Below are positions 8,925 to 18,792 of a stretch of DNA of 64,000 bases, piece by piece. Numbering within the stretch: the first letter of the stretch is position 1; every line of letters begins with the position of its first letter. Both the position numbers and the translations under genes were made by a program. This DNA is from Candidatus Uhrbacteria bacterium RIFOXYB12_FULL_58_10 (lineage in GTDB: Bacteria > Patescibacteriota > Patescibacteriia > UBA9934 > GWF2-40-263): positions 7,665 to 71,664 of the forward strand of contig CALRHL010000002.1 in the NCBI GenBank assembly GCA_943359455.1, read 5' to 3'. The notes beneath the pieces were generated by a model. The model did not search any database, had not been told where the DNA came from, and saw nothing but the letters and a program-made list of their open reading frames with translations.

Positions 8925-9991
8925 TGCAGGATAATAAGGCAAATTTTGATAAACGTCTCAGAACACCCGAACCTCACATCGTGGCTCTTTTGGCTCAAAT
9001 TGATGGGATTCGTGGAGAGTTCAAATCGGGGCTTCGGATGACCCCTCAGGCCATAACCAATCTCAAGCGATCCACACTTGTGACGTCAGCTGGTGCTTCT
9101 ACCCGTATTGAGGGTGCAAAGCTCACCGACAATGAGGTGCAGAAAATCATGCAGGGTCTGGCGGTTTCGAAATTTGCGGATCGAGATTCGCAGGAGGTGC
9201 AGGGCTATCTGGAGACATTGCAAAATGTTTTTGATAGCTTCGAGACGTTACCGCTTCGTGAGAGCACGATTCAATCACTTCACAAGGAACTTCTTAAATA
9301 TTCCACGAAGGATGAACGACAACGCGGAGCATACAAGAAAAAAGAAAATACTGTTGGCGTGCTCGGTCCTGATGGCCAGGTTGCGCGTATCATGTTCGAA
9401 ACGACTCCAGCCTACCTGACGCCAAAAGAAATGCAGGAGCTCGTGGAATGGACGGCTGATGCGTTCGACAACAATCGATTCCATCCGCTTCTCATCATCG
9501 CAAACTTCATCGTGGAGTTCCTAAAGATTCACCCGTTCGAGGATGGAAACGGTCGTCTTTCGCGAGTCCTGACCAACTTTCTGTTGCTTCGATCCGGATA
9601 CCAGTTTGTGCAGTACGCCTCTCATGAGCAACTTGTTGAGAAGCGTAAGGATGAATACTACGTTGCACTCCGTAAGTCGCAGGAAACTTTCCGGACCCAA
9701 GGCGATACGATCTCTCCTTGGCTGAACTTTTTTCTTGCAGTGGTAAAAGAGCAAGCGACAAGAGCGTTGGTTTATCTCGAAGAAGAAAAAGTCGAAGACA
9801 CGCTTTCGCCAAAACAATACGAGGTCTGGAAATTCATCTCCTCTGTTAGTGAAGCAAGCCCGAGCGAGGTTGTAAAAGGAACAGGCATACTCATGCCGAC
9901 GGTTCGTCAAGGACTGACTCGGTTGATTGAGCTTGGAAAAGTGAAACGAATCGGAAGAGGTCGAGGAACTCGGTATGTGAAGTTGTATTAA
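8924..9991 (+). CDS. Fic family protein with C-terminal winged helix
   Basis: HPFEDGNGRLSR Fic motif; STRIEG inhibitory-type motif; C-terminal GRGRGTRY. Confidence 0.92.
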   Translation: MQDNKANFDKRLRTPEPHIVALLAQIDGIRGEFKSGLRMTPQAITNLKRSTLVTSAGASTRIEGAKLTDNEVQKIMQGLAVSKFADRDSQEVQGYLETLQNVFDSFETLPLRESTIQSLHKELLKYSTKDERQRGAYKKKENTVGVLGPDGQVARIMFETTPAYLTPKEMQELVEWTADAFDNNRFHPLLIIANFIVEFLKIHPFEDGNGRLSRVLTNFLLLRSGYQFVQYASHEQLVEKRKDEYYVALRKSQETFRTQGDTISPWLNFFLAVVKEQATRALVYLEEEKVEDTLSPKQYEVWKFISSVSEASPSEVVKGTGILMPTVRQGLTRLIELGKVKRIGRGRGTRYVKLY

Positions 9992-10048
9992 AAGTTTGAG
10001 ACCAGGTAATTAAATGTTCAGAACTGCTAAGATAGCTTTAGCCAATTT

Positions 10049-10999
10049 ATGACAAACGAAGAAAACGGAAAAATTCTTATCACAGACAGTCTATTTATTT
10101 ACCCAGAGCATGAAAAAATGCTTATTAATGCTGGATATGAAATTGAACGTTTGGACAAACCTGACGCGAGCGAGGAAGAGCTCATTGTCGCAGTAAAAGG
10201 AAAGGTTGGTTATATTCTCGGCGGCGTGGAAAAAATTACCGATAAAGTTATCGAGGCCGCAGATCAGCTTAAGGCTATTGCTTTCACAGGATCTGATCAT
10301 CGCTCTTTTATTCCAGGAGCTGATTTAGCAACAAAGAAAGGGATTGCTATATCGAGTACACCTGGAGCAAACACATACGCTGTTTCGGAATATACACTCG
10401 CCATTATCCTTGCGATGACACGAAATCTTTTTGAATTAGGTCGCACTGGTAACAAGAAATTTCAAACCGTACACTCTCTCAATGATCTTACGGTCGGTAT
10501 TGTGGGTATGGGGCATATTGGTACCCGCATGGCAAACCTGCTTTGTTATATGGGTACGAAAAAGATCATTTACTTCACACGTACTCGTAAGCCAGGGGTG
10601 GAGAAAGAAACAGGAGTAGAATTTGCTGATCTCAACACACTTCTTCGCGAAAGTGACATCGTGACACTGCATGCGTCAAAAGAGATTGGTGATAATTTTA
10701 TCGGGAAAGACGAATTGGCAAAGATGAAGAATGGTGCCCTGCTCATGAACTGCGGTTTCACTGGAGCGTTAGATAAAGACGCCCTCTTTGAAGAGCTTCA
10801 GGCAGGGCGTCTGCGAGCCGCACAGGATGATCCTATGGGAGACAAGAGATTCGATACCCTTCCGCTTTCGAATTGGTTTAACTCAAATTCCCACACGGCT
10901 TACAACACATTTGAAGCAAATAAAACAGCGAGTGATATGGCGATTTCATCTCTTCTTAATCTACTTGCAACTGGAGTAGACCAATATAGGGTAAACTAA
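10049..10999 (+). CDS. D-isomer-specific 2-hydroxyacid dehydrogenase family protein (divergent)
   Basis: PGAN..AVSE, GIVGMGHIG Rossmann motif, SDIVTLH. Confidence 0.85.
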   Translation: MTNEENGKILITDSLFIYPEHEKMLINAGYEIERLDKPDASEEELIVAVKGKVGYILGGVEKITDKVIEAADQLKAIAFTGSDHRSFIPGADLATKKGIAISSTPGANTYAVSEYTLAIILAMTRNLFELGRTGNKKFQTVHSLNDLTVGIVGMGHIGTRMANLLCYMGTKKIIYFTRTRKPGVEKETGVEFADLNTLLRESDIVTLHASKEIGDNFIGKDELAKMKNGALLMNCGFTGALDKDALFEELQAGRLRAAQDDPMGDKRFDTLPLSNWFNSNSHTAYNTFEANKTASDMAISSLLNLLATGVDQYRVN

Positions 11000-11057
11000 A
11001 AATGACTCCGTCCCCAATTTGGTTCCGCGAGTCTAATATCGTTATCTTTCAATTCTT

Positions 11058-12131
11058 ATGAAATCATCGACAATATTGATTATCGTGGCGCTTGTGGCTG
11101 TTGCAACCCTGGGTGGCATCGTCGGATGGAATGTGTTGAACGGTCGAGAGGATGTGCCAAATGCTGCAATGCCAACGCAGACAGGATCGTCAGTCGCTTC
11201 GGAAGTTTCGGAACTATCAAAGCCCTCCGTTGCCACGGAGCCGGCCGTTACGGCGCTGCCCGATTTGTCCGACTATGTATGGAAGGCAATCGCCTCGGTG
11301 GTTGGCAAATCAGTTGGCAATGAGAAAGATGGAAATGTGCTCATGGCCGATGTTGTTCTGCTTCCGGACGGCACGTATCGTATGTATTATAACGCCGGCG
11401 GGAAAGGGACGGGCTCGATCAAATTCGCTAACTCCGTCAACGGAGACACGTGGACGGCGGGTGGGACCGCGCTTCAAGGCGGTTCCAGTCCGACGGACGA
11501 TGATTATATCATCGGTGGCTCGCGAGTACTGCAATTGAAGGACGGCTCCTACCGAATGTATTACCGTGCCACACCCGAACATGAAGGCAGTATTCCGTCT
11601 TATTCCGTCTATATGGCACAGTCCGACGACGGCAAAACATTCACCAAGTACGGAGTGGTCATTCCAAATACACGCGAGGATGCCGCAAGCACACTGGTGC
11701 TCGCTGGCCATGGGGCGTTTTACCAGATGGAGGACGAAACCTTCGCCGGATTTGTTTCTGGGAACGCTGTGGCATCGAACAGTGTTCCAAGTGATTTATT
11801 CTTTACCACCTCCGCAGACGGGGTTTCTTGGAAAACACCAACCGTCGCGTACGTTGGGTACCATGATCCGACAGTGGTAAAAACAAGCGATGGATATTTT
11901 CTATTGGCGATGTATTTGAAAAAATGGGTGGGGATCGGATTTTCCGCCGATGGAATCGATTGGTCGGTTGCGCTTGAACCGGTGGAATTGCTCGGGACAG
12001 ACGGAAAGACCGCGGATCTCCAGCCGATCGGGGACCTATCAACAGTTGTCGCGCCAGATGGTTCTCTGCTGCTCTTCAGCAATTACGGCAATCCAGGAGA
12101 CCGTTCGATCATGCGATACGTTCAACAATAG
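11058..12131 (+). CDS. secreted/anchored beta-propeller protein (glycoside hydrolase/sialidase-like)
   Basis: N-terminal TM; repeated DG.YRMYY and S.DG..W blades. Confidence 0.65.
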   Translation: MKSSTILIIVALVAVATLGGIVGWNVLNGREDVPNAAMPTQTGSSVASEVSELSKPSVATEPAVTALPDLSDYVWKAIASVVGKSVGNEKDGNVLMADVVLLPDGTYRMYYNAGGKGTGSIKFANSVNGDTWTAGGTALQGGSSPTDDDYIIGGSRVLQLKDGSYRMYYRATPEHEGSIPSYSVYMAQSDDGKTFTKYGVVIPNTREDAASTLVLAGHGAFYQMEDETFAGFVSGNAVASNSVPSDLFFTTSADGVSWKTPTVAYVGYHDPTVVKTSDGYFLLAMYLKKWVGIGFSADGIDWSVALEPVELLGTDGKTADLQPIGDLSTVVAPDGSLLLFSNYGNPGDRSIMRYVQQ

Positions 12132-12150
12132 AGACTTTTGCAGAGGTCTC
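12131..12150. mobile_element. solo/collapsed end of IS5-type MITE
   Basis: GACTTTTGCAGAGGTCTC identical to right end of MITE 43786-43946; directly after a TAG stop. Confidence 0.6.
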
Positions 12151-12244
12151 AATCACCAAGCGCCGCTCGCGCAAGAGGGGGTGATAAGAGCCGACAAAGA
12201 GGGTAGACACACAGTTTGAGATCTTGCCAAGTAATACCATCTCT

Positions 12245-12381
12245 CACTAACCATCCGGCACCATCCCATTCAAAATTGGGCTCCAACTTTGAGAAAAGTC
12301 TTCAACATATCTACGGATATGCTTCAGACTTTTCTCTTCGTTTCGCCTCAATTATGAACGGGCTATGCCGGAGCGTTAGCA
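12245..12381. other. attC-like imperfect hairpin
   Basis: CTAAC...GTTAG ends with nested stems TCCGGCA/TGCCGGA, GAGAAAAGTCT/AGACTTTTCTC, CATATC/GATATG. Confidence 0.5.
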
Positions 12382-12427
12382 AGAGATGGTATAAAAACGT
12401 CCCGACGATTTGTCGAGACGCAGTGAG

Positions 12428-12973
12428 TCAGCTGATCTTTTTTGTGTCGTAGGCGTAGAGCGCGTACCACCCGACGAGCCAGGTTGAGAGTGTGGCTGGA
12501 AGCTCGACGAGCAGATCGTTGGATGTCTCCGGAAGGACGCTGTGCTCGAAGTACGGGAGGGCGAGCGCAGCGCGATGCGCGGCGAATGGGCCAAAGTTGC
12601 TTGTGGCACGAAGGATGGATCGAGCCGTTTCGCGTGACGGAATGAGGAAGACGTGACAGGTCAAGTCTGAGCCGAACGTTCCGATGAGTCCGAGATTCTC
12701 GTCGCTTTGTGTCGGGGCGAGCGCAATCACGAGTCTGGGCTTCCACTGCGCAAAGTCTGGTCGGCTATTGGCATGACGGACATACTCCGTCAAATGAAGG
12801 ATGAGTCCTGGGTAGTCACCTCCAAGCGAGGAGATTTGTCCAAGCTCCTCCTCGGAAGGAATTTCGTTTCGTGCAAGCTCGAGCACCGCGACTCCGGGCG
12901 GATCAGGACTCAGATTTCCGTTTGCGTCGCGATACATTCCACCAACGAGCGGTGTGATTTTTCTGTAAATCAT
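12428..12973 (-). CDS. hypothetical protein
   Basis: 181-aa ORF, GC-richer than its flanks. Confidence 0.55.
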   Translation of the reverse strand: MIYRKITPLVGGMYRDANGNLSPDPPGVAVLELARNEIPSEEELGQISSLGGDYPGLILHLTEYVRHANSRPDFAQWKPRLVIALAPTQSDENLGLIGTFGSDLTCHVFLIPSRETARSILRATSNFGPFAAHRAALALPYFEHSVLPETSNDLLVELPATLSTWLVGWYALYAYDTKKIS

Positions 12974-13061
12974 GGATTTCTCCCTTGAGAATATCTATCA
13001 TGAATCATTAAAAATGACTATAGATGTGCTACATTCTAACAGAATCGCTTTTCATTTCGCT

Positions 13062-13211
13062 ATGCCAAATCATCGGATTTACACAATCAGTTTCGCGCGT
13101 GTTTATCCGCTTTATGTTGCGAAGGCAGAGAAAAAAGGACGCACGAAAATGGAAGTTGATGAAATCATTCGTTGGCTGACAGGATACACTCAAATTAGGG
13201 TCAGCCTTTAG
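13062..13211 (+). pseudogene. truncated DUF2200 family gene
   Basis: [41 protein letters not shown] matches the DUF2200 N-terminus and ends at a REP-like palindrome. Confidence 0.75.
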
Positions 13212-13267
13212 GGGTCAGGTCTGGATAGTGGATTATCCTGTTAATTTGTTATCCAGATTTGACCCTA
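13209..13267. repeat. REP-like repeat B, inverted doublet
   Basis: GGGGTCAGGTCTGGATAGTGGATTATCC...TTATCCAGATTTGACCC. Confidence 0.75.
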
Positions 13268-13279
13268 CGATCCATCATA

Positions 13280-13483
13280 TTACCGTTTCAATTTTTCAAA
13301 AGGATTCTTTCCGGTCGCAATCATATAGAGACCGGACGGAATAAGGACGAGAGGAATCGCAATGAGGTAGGCAAAGATGCTTCCTGTTTGTTGGAAGCCG
13401 ATAAATTGGCCGATTGCTACGGCGCAACCGACGAGGAAGAGGATCACACCAGCGCTGCGATGGGTTTGAGTTGGGCTTGGCAT
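13280..13483 (-). CDS. small two-TM membrane protein
   Basis: MPSPTQ... with two hydrophobic helices. Confidence 0.55.
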   Translation of the reverse strand: MPSPTQTHRSAGVILFLVGCAVAIGQFIGFQQTGSIFAYLIAIPLVLIPSGLYMIATGKNPFEKLKR

Positions 13484-13490
13484 AAAATGT

Positions 13491-13952
13491 TCAGGCAAAG
13501 AATCCAAAAGGGAGTACGAGTGCGGACGCGCCAAAGAGAAGTATTGCGGTACCGAACAACCCAACAAACCATCCAAACGCTTTCGCTGTCACCCCTCGTA
13601 TGCACAGCGCGGTCCCTCTGCCGGAGAATTTGTATTCCCCCTTTATCGCCGTTGAGAATCCCGTGACGGCAATGATGACCCCGATAAGAACAATGAAAAG
13701 ACCGATCGGTCGCACGTAATCTCCCTCTGTCGCGGAGATCCATCCAAGGATCGGGATCAGGAGAAGGAGTGAGATGTTACGCATTCGGCGAAAAAATCGT
13801 AGGGTACGTTTTTTGTCGTCAGAGAGGATGAGGGGAGTTTTCGGATTCCATACGTCCAATCCACGATCACGCAAAAAGAAAAGAAGAAAAATCGGAAGGC
13901 TCACTCCGAGCACAATGAGAACGCTTATGAGAATTTTGACGGTCGCAGACAT
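13491..13952 (-). CDS. hypothetical membrane protein (about 4 TM)
   Basis: Hydrophobic segments in ORF 13491..13976; start at 13952 preferred. Confidence 0.6.
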   Translation of the reverse strand: MSATVKILISVLIVLGVSLPIFLLFFLRDRGLDVWNPKTPLILSDDKKRTLRFFRRMRNISLLLLIPILGWISATEGDYVRPIGLFIVLIGVIIAVTGFSTAIKGEYKFSGRGTALCIRGVTAKAFGWFVGLFGTAILLFGASALVLPFGFFA

Positions 13953-14180
13953 ATTGCCATGGCAATGATATCCCACCTGGCGCGGAACGTCTATTGCGTT
14001 TCACGACTTCCCAGACCCATCGAGAGAGGAGTTGCCTGCGGATCTCTATCTGTACGCCTTTGTTTCGTTTGTCATCCCTTAACTACTCACAGCATCCAGA
14101 CTCTATTTCCATTTGTGTGATGTATGTGTACCAGACCATCCTGTTCAGTTAATGGGGTGTTGTTATAATAGACCTGTTTT

Positions 14181-14999
14181 ATGAAAAAAATCCTGTTGAT
14201 CGTGGCTGGTACGACTATCATCAGTGCCCTGATAGTTATTTTTGTTTTGAAAAATGATACCTCTAAAAAAAGTACCCAAACCCTGCCGACCGAAGTTACC
14301 TGGGAGTTGCGGGAAAGCAATATATGGAAGCCAACGGGCACACCGCCAGCCTGCGCCGATCCGTTTACCCTTACTTCACCGGTTGATATATCAAAGGTGA
14401 CCGCTATTTTATATCCTGGTCAAGTTCGCGGAGATGCTTATAAACCACATGGCGCATTTCGTTTTAGCGAAGACTCGAATAATCAAGTGATAGTAACCGT
14501 GCCGTTTGACGCGCAAATTATTCGCGGTTCTCGTGCCTTTCGTAATGGTGAAAACCAGTATTCTTTTGAATTTATTGTTCCTTGCGGGATCTGGTATTCT
14601 TTTGGCCACTTGCTTGAACTGAGTCCAAAGTTTCTTGAGATTGCTAATAAATTACCACTGGTTGATGATGATGCCGAAGGATTTCACGTTCAGCAGTTCT
14701 ATGATGTACGTCCGCCTGTAGCGGTAAAAACAGGTGAAGTGATTGCTACAGCGGTTGGTTATGCGAAACAAAAAAACGTGTTCGTTGATTTTGGTGTACT
14801 CGATTTGCGTCACAAAAATGGTAATACTATTCGTTCAGAATGGGCAGCTAAATATAGCCCACAGTTTGATGAGTACGCGGTGTGCTGGATGGATTTATTA
14901 CCTGCTGTTGATCGCGAACATCTCCGTAGTTTGTTTGGGAGCGGAGACGTGGAAAGCGGCGTCAAAAGTGATTACTGCCACTATCCAGAGAATAAATAA
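14181..14999 (+). CDS. membrane-anchored exported protein, M23/hybrid-motif-like
   Basis: N-terminal TM; YKPHG, VKTGEVIA, DFGVLD; TGTTATAAT upstream. Confidence 0.55.
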   Translation: MKKILLIVAGTTIISALIVIFVLKNDTSKKSTQTLPTEVTWELRESNIWKPTGTPPACADPFTLTSPVDISKVTAILYPGQVRGDAYKPHGAFRFSEDSNNQVIVTVPFDAQIIRGSRAFRNGENQYSFEFIVPCGIWYSFGHLLELSPKFLEIANKLPLVDDDAEGFHVQQFYDVRPPVAVKTGEVIATAVGYAKQKNVFVDFGVLDLRHKNGNTIRSEWAAKYSPQFDEYAVCWMDLLPAVDREHLRSLFGSGDVESGVKSDYCHYPENK

Positions 15000-15080
15000 T
15001 TTCAGATTTCGTTCGAACCAAACTTTATAGTGTTCTCACAATTTTGACTAACTTTATAAAGTTTGCTAAATTGGGCTGGT

Positions 15081-16016
15081 ATGACGACTCGTCAAAAACT
15101 CGTGATTATCAAGAGTTCCTTGGGAGTGACCCAGACAAAGTTAGCCGAACGATTTGGTGTTTCATTTGCGGCGTTCAATAGTTGGTGGAATGGCAAGTCT
15201 GTACCGCGTCCGAGAATGCGTGCAGCTATTGAAGAACTTTTTTTGGAAGTGACTGGGCAGAAGGTTATTTCAGATGTTCAGCTTGAGGCAAAAAAGAAAA
15301 TGTTGAGACAGAAGTCGACCGAGCATAAAAATGTTGTTGCTGAAATCCTAAAGTATGCAGACATTCGCGATCAATTCATCCTCAAACTTACCTATCATAC
15401 GAATCGGATCGAGGGAAGTACACTGACCGAACCTGACACAGCAGCTATTCTTTTTGATAACGCCGCACTGCCAGATAAGAGTTTGACGGAGCATCTTGAA
15501 GCAAAAAATCATCAAACCGCTCTGAACTTCTTGTTTGAGCATGTATTAAAGAACGAAAAGCTCAATGAGGATTTTGTCCTCAAGCTTCATGGTATTCTCA
15601 TGAATGGTATACAACCGGATGCTGGGTTGTATCGTCGCCACGCGGTTCGCATCGTCGGTGCGAATGTTCCGACGGCCAACTACTTGCGTATACCCACGTT
15701 GATTCCGAGCGTTATACAAGAAGCGGCAATGGCGAAACGTACGAACGATATCGTCGGTCTTTCAGCGAATGTACATGCTCGGTTTGAACAGATTCATCCG
15801 TTTTCAGATGGCAACGGCCGCGTTGGACGTCTACTTTTGACTGCGATGCTCCTTGTCGCGAACTTCGCTCCTGCCGTTATTCGTCAGGAACAAAAGCGAT
15901 TGTATTATACCTATCTTCATAAAGCCCAGACGCAAGGCGATCTCAGTCAACTTGAGGATTATCTTTGCGATGCCGTGAGAGATGGTTTCGAGATTCTAGA
16001 ACGCGTGGATATGTAA
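15081..16016 (+). CDS. XRE-HTH-Fic fusion protein
   Basis: N-terminal TQTKLAERFGVS HTH; TNRIEG; HPFSDGNGRVGR; palindrome AACTTTATAAAGTT upstream. Confidence 0.9.
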   Translation: MTTRQKLVIIKSSLGVTQTKLAERFGVSFAAFNSWWNGKSVPRPRMRAAIEELFLEVTGQKVISDVQLEAKKKMLRQKSTEHKNVVAEILKYADIRDQFILKLTYHTNRIEGSTLTEPDTAAILFDNAALPDKSLTEHLEAKNHQTALNFLFEHVLKNEKLNEDFVLKLHGILMNGIQPDAGLYRRHAVRIVGANVPTANYLRIPTLIPSVIQEAAMAKRTNDIVGLSANVHARFEQIHPFSDGNGRVGRLLLTAMLLVANFAPAVIRQEQKRLYYTYLHKAQTQGDLSQLEDYLCDAVRDGFEILERVDM

Positions 16017-16051
16017 AGAAAATAACAATTTTTATTCATTGAAAGATTTTT

Positions 16052-16195
16052 ATGAAATCATGCATCACATGCAGTATGCCACTTGTTGGAGCGCACGAGG
16101 CGGATGTTGGATTTGTCAGTCCAGAAGGAACAGTGTGTCGGTTTGAAGCGGTTGACGACGTGGTCAAAACCAGCACAGAGATTTTTGAGGTATGA
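16052..16195 (+). CDS. short zinc-ribbon-like ORF, probably truncated
   Basis: [11 protein letters not shown]..., 47 aa, ATGA-coupled to msrA. Confidence 0.45.
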   Translation: MKSCITCSMPLVGAHEADVGFVSPEGTVCRFEAVDDVVKTSTEIFEV

Positions 16196-16686
16196 ACGCC
16201 GTGCTTGCAGGAGGTTGTTTTTGGGGGATGGAAGAGTTGATTCGTGCTCTGCCAGGCGTTACGGATACGACGGTTGGATATACAGGGGGAGAGAACACGG
16301 ATCCGACATACGACAACCATCCCGGTCATGCGGAAGCGGTTCAGATTACGTACGATCCGTCGCGTACGTCGTTTCGCGATCTGCTCGATTTCTTTTTTCA
16401 GGTACACGATCCAACCACGCTCAATCGTCAAGGAAACGATCAAGGAACGTCCTATCGATCCGCGATCTTCTACGGGAGTGAGGAAGAGAAACAGATAGCC
16501 GAGCAATTCATTCAGATCGTGAACGCATCCAAGCGCTGGCCAGGTCCCGTCGTCACGACGGTCGAACCGCTCCGTGTATTTTATCCCGCTGAAGATTACC
16601 ACCAAGCGTATCTTCAAAAACATCCGGACAGTTACACCTGTCATTTTATCCGTCCGGGTGGAAGTTATATAATAAATTCCGTATGA
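16192..16686 (+). CDS. msrA: peptide-methionine (S)-S-oxide reductase
   Basis: GGCFWG, HAEAV, HDPT..NRQGND.G..YRSAIF, AEDYHQ. Confidence 0.95.
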   Translation: MNAVLAGGCFWGMEELIRALPGVTDTTVGYTGGENTDPTYDNHPGHAEAVQITYDPSRTSFRDLLDFFFQVHDPTTLNRQGNDQGTSYRSAIFYGSEEEKQIAEQFIQIVNASKRWPGPVVTTVEPLRVFYPAEDYHQAYLQKHPDSYTCHFIRPGGSYIINSV

Positions 16687-16707
16687 TTCGTCCTTTAGCT
16701 ATTTTTG

Positions 16708-17130
16708 TTATTCTCTGACCGTTGTTTTTTTCTGGTTTCGTCCAAATATAAAAAAACCTACCGTTGCGCCGATCAGTCCGTTGAGAAAGTCGCCGATGGT
16801 GTCTGCGACGGAGAGTTGGGTTACGGCGTGGGCATAGTTTAGAACGATGGAACGGTCGATGATGAATTCGTGGAATTCCCAGACGATTGCAATGAGAGAA
16901 ACAAAACCGAGCGTGAACAGGAGGTCGTACCAGCGCGGTGTTCGTCCTATTTTGTGCTTGTGCTTGAAGTCATCATGAACCGCAATCGCAAGCATGGCAG
17001 CAGCAAATCCTCCAGCGAGATGGAGGGGGATGTCGATGTTTGGATGCGTTTCATACACTCCAAATCCAATATTGAGAAGATTCGTTCCAAATACAGTCGC
17101 AAGTGCAAGAAATGCTGTTTGATATCTCAT
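16708..17130 (-). CDS. membrane protein (DUF2238/VanZ-like)
   Basis: 4 TM; D.PLH..GG, WEF.E, DT..D motifs. Confidence 0.6.
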   Translation of the reverse strand: MRYQTAFLALATVFGTNLLNIGFGVYETHPNIDIPLHLAGGFAAAMLAIAVHDDFKHKHKIGRTPRWYDLLFTLGFVSLIAIVWEFHEFIIDRSIVLNYAHAVTQLSVADTIGDFLNGLIGATVGFFIFGRNQKKTTVRE

Positions 17131-17240
17131 AGAGGCGTCAGCATAGTTTACCTCAAACGAGAGACCCCTGCAAAAGTCTCAGTGACGTCGATCGTTGTTT
17201 CTGATACGATAGAATTGTTGTAAGAATTCTTATCCTCTTT

Positions 17241-18416
17241 ATGAAACCATTACGACTTTTCATCTCGTTCGCCTTCGTGCTTCTGGCAGGGATGCTTATT
17301 TTTTTCTTCCTTGCCCGGCATGCGAAAGTTAAACGCATGCAATTGATATCGGAGCCTGTGGGAATAGAGACGTCCACAAAGCCAGCTTTGACCGTGACGG
17401 TTCCAGAAGCAGCCGTTGTATCTGCAGGGAATATTGACACGCACATGCATTTGGGTGGAAAACTTTCCTCGGGAGAGATGAAGAGTTTGTATGCGAGGGC
17501 GGCGGAGTATCTTATTGAAAACATGGATGCTATTGGACTCGAAAAGGCTGTTCTTGTTACGGTTATCAGTCCATCAGCGACGATGGGTGGTGAGGCAATT
17601 GAACAGCTCACCGCTGCAACGATCGCTTTGTATCCTGATCGTTTGTTTCGCATGGCTGGCGGGGCACAACTTGGGACGATTATTGAATCAACAGATCCAG
17701 ATGCGGTCACATCGTCCATTCAACAATCATTTCGAACGCAAGCAACCGCCCTGTTAGATGCTGGTGCGATTGGTTTTGGAGAGATGATTACGTTACACCC
17801 ATGTCTCGGTTCTAAACACAACTATCAGTTTGCACCGCCAGACCATCCATTGTTTCTCCTGCTTGCAGATATTGCAGCGGAGCGTGGTGTCCCGATCGAT
17901 CTTCATGCAGAGGCGGTTGCAGAAACGCGCACGATGCCAGAAAATATTCAGCGCGTTTGTGATCAGAATCCCGAGACACTCGAAGCGACCATTCCCGCGA
18001 TCGAAACACTTCTTTCGCACAATCGTTCTGCAAATATTGTTTGGCAACATATTGGTTGGGATAATACAGGCGAAATGACCGTCGAGCTTCTCCGTCGACT
18101 TCTCGATACGCATCCGAATTTATTTATGGCGTTGAAAGTTGAAGAGCGCGGGTTTCAAGTAGGAACAAACAGTCAGGTCTCAATGCCAAATCGTATCGTG
18201 GATTCAAGCGGCCGCATTGAACAGGATTGGCTCGATCTATTTGAAGATTTTCCTGATCGATTTATGGTTGGTGCCGATGAGTTTGTAGATGCGACTGGCG
18301 AACAGCCAGTTGGTGCTGCATCCCTTGATGCCACCTGGAAAATGGTCGATCAACTTCCGGCAGATCTTGCGCAAAAATTTGGTTCAGAAAATGCCGCGCG
18401 CGTGTATGGTCTGTAA
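17241..18416 (+). CDS. amidohydrolase family protein, membrane-anchored
   Basis: IDTHMH, GFGE, PIDLH, FPDRFMVGAD, ENAARVY. Confidence 0.8.
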   Translation: MKPLRLFISFAFVLLAGMLIFFFLARHAKVKRMQLISEPVGIETSTKPALTVTVPEAAVVSAGNIDTHMHLGGKLSSGEMKSLYARAAEYLIENMDAIGLEKAVLVTVISPSATMGGEAIEQLTAATIALYPDRLFRMAGGAQLGTIIESTDPDAVTSSIQQSFRTQATALLDAGAIGFGEMITLHPCLGSKHNYQFAPPDHPLFLLLADIAAERGVPIDLHAEAVAETRTMPENIQRVCDQNPETLEATIPAIETLLSHNRSANIVWQHIGWDNTGEMTVELLRRLLDTHPNLFMALKVEERGFQVGTNSQVSMPNRIVDSSGRIEQDWLDLFEDFPDRFMVGADEFVDATGEQPVGAASLDATWKMVDQLPADLAQKFGSENAARVYGL

Positions 18417-18450
18417 GAGCCTGTTGAAAAACTTCTACCTACCACAATTC

Positions 18451-18480
18451 CCTGAGCGAAGCGGAGCGTAGTCGAAGGGC
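18451..18480. repeat. CCTGAGCG..GTCGAAGG REP-like half element
   Basis: Related to 28174-28253. Confidence 0.6.
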
Positions 18481-18792
18481 ATCCCCATTGTCCGAGAGCG
18501 ATTAGGGTCGGGATTTGGGAATTTTCAGTAATCCGAACCTGTCCCAAGTCTTTTCCAAATCAAATTCTTGTCCAACAGAAAAGAAAAAGCGCACCCGACG
18601 GCGGCTAGGAGAACTGAGATTGCGCTCGTTCTCTGCAGAACGGTAGGAGCTTCTGGCTGCTCCGCACTTGCCATCCGCTTCGTCTTCTCCGCTCTTCTCG
18701 AACTGCGAACGAAGAGATGGTATAAGCATCGCGGGCGGCGACCGATGCGACGATCGACGAGCTGGTCGGTTCTGTGAGAGAATGAGGTTCGT

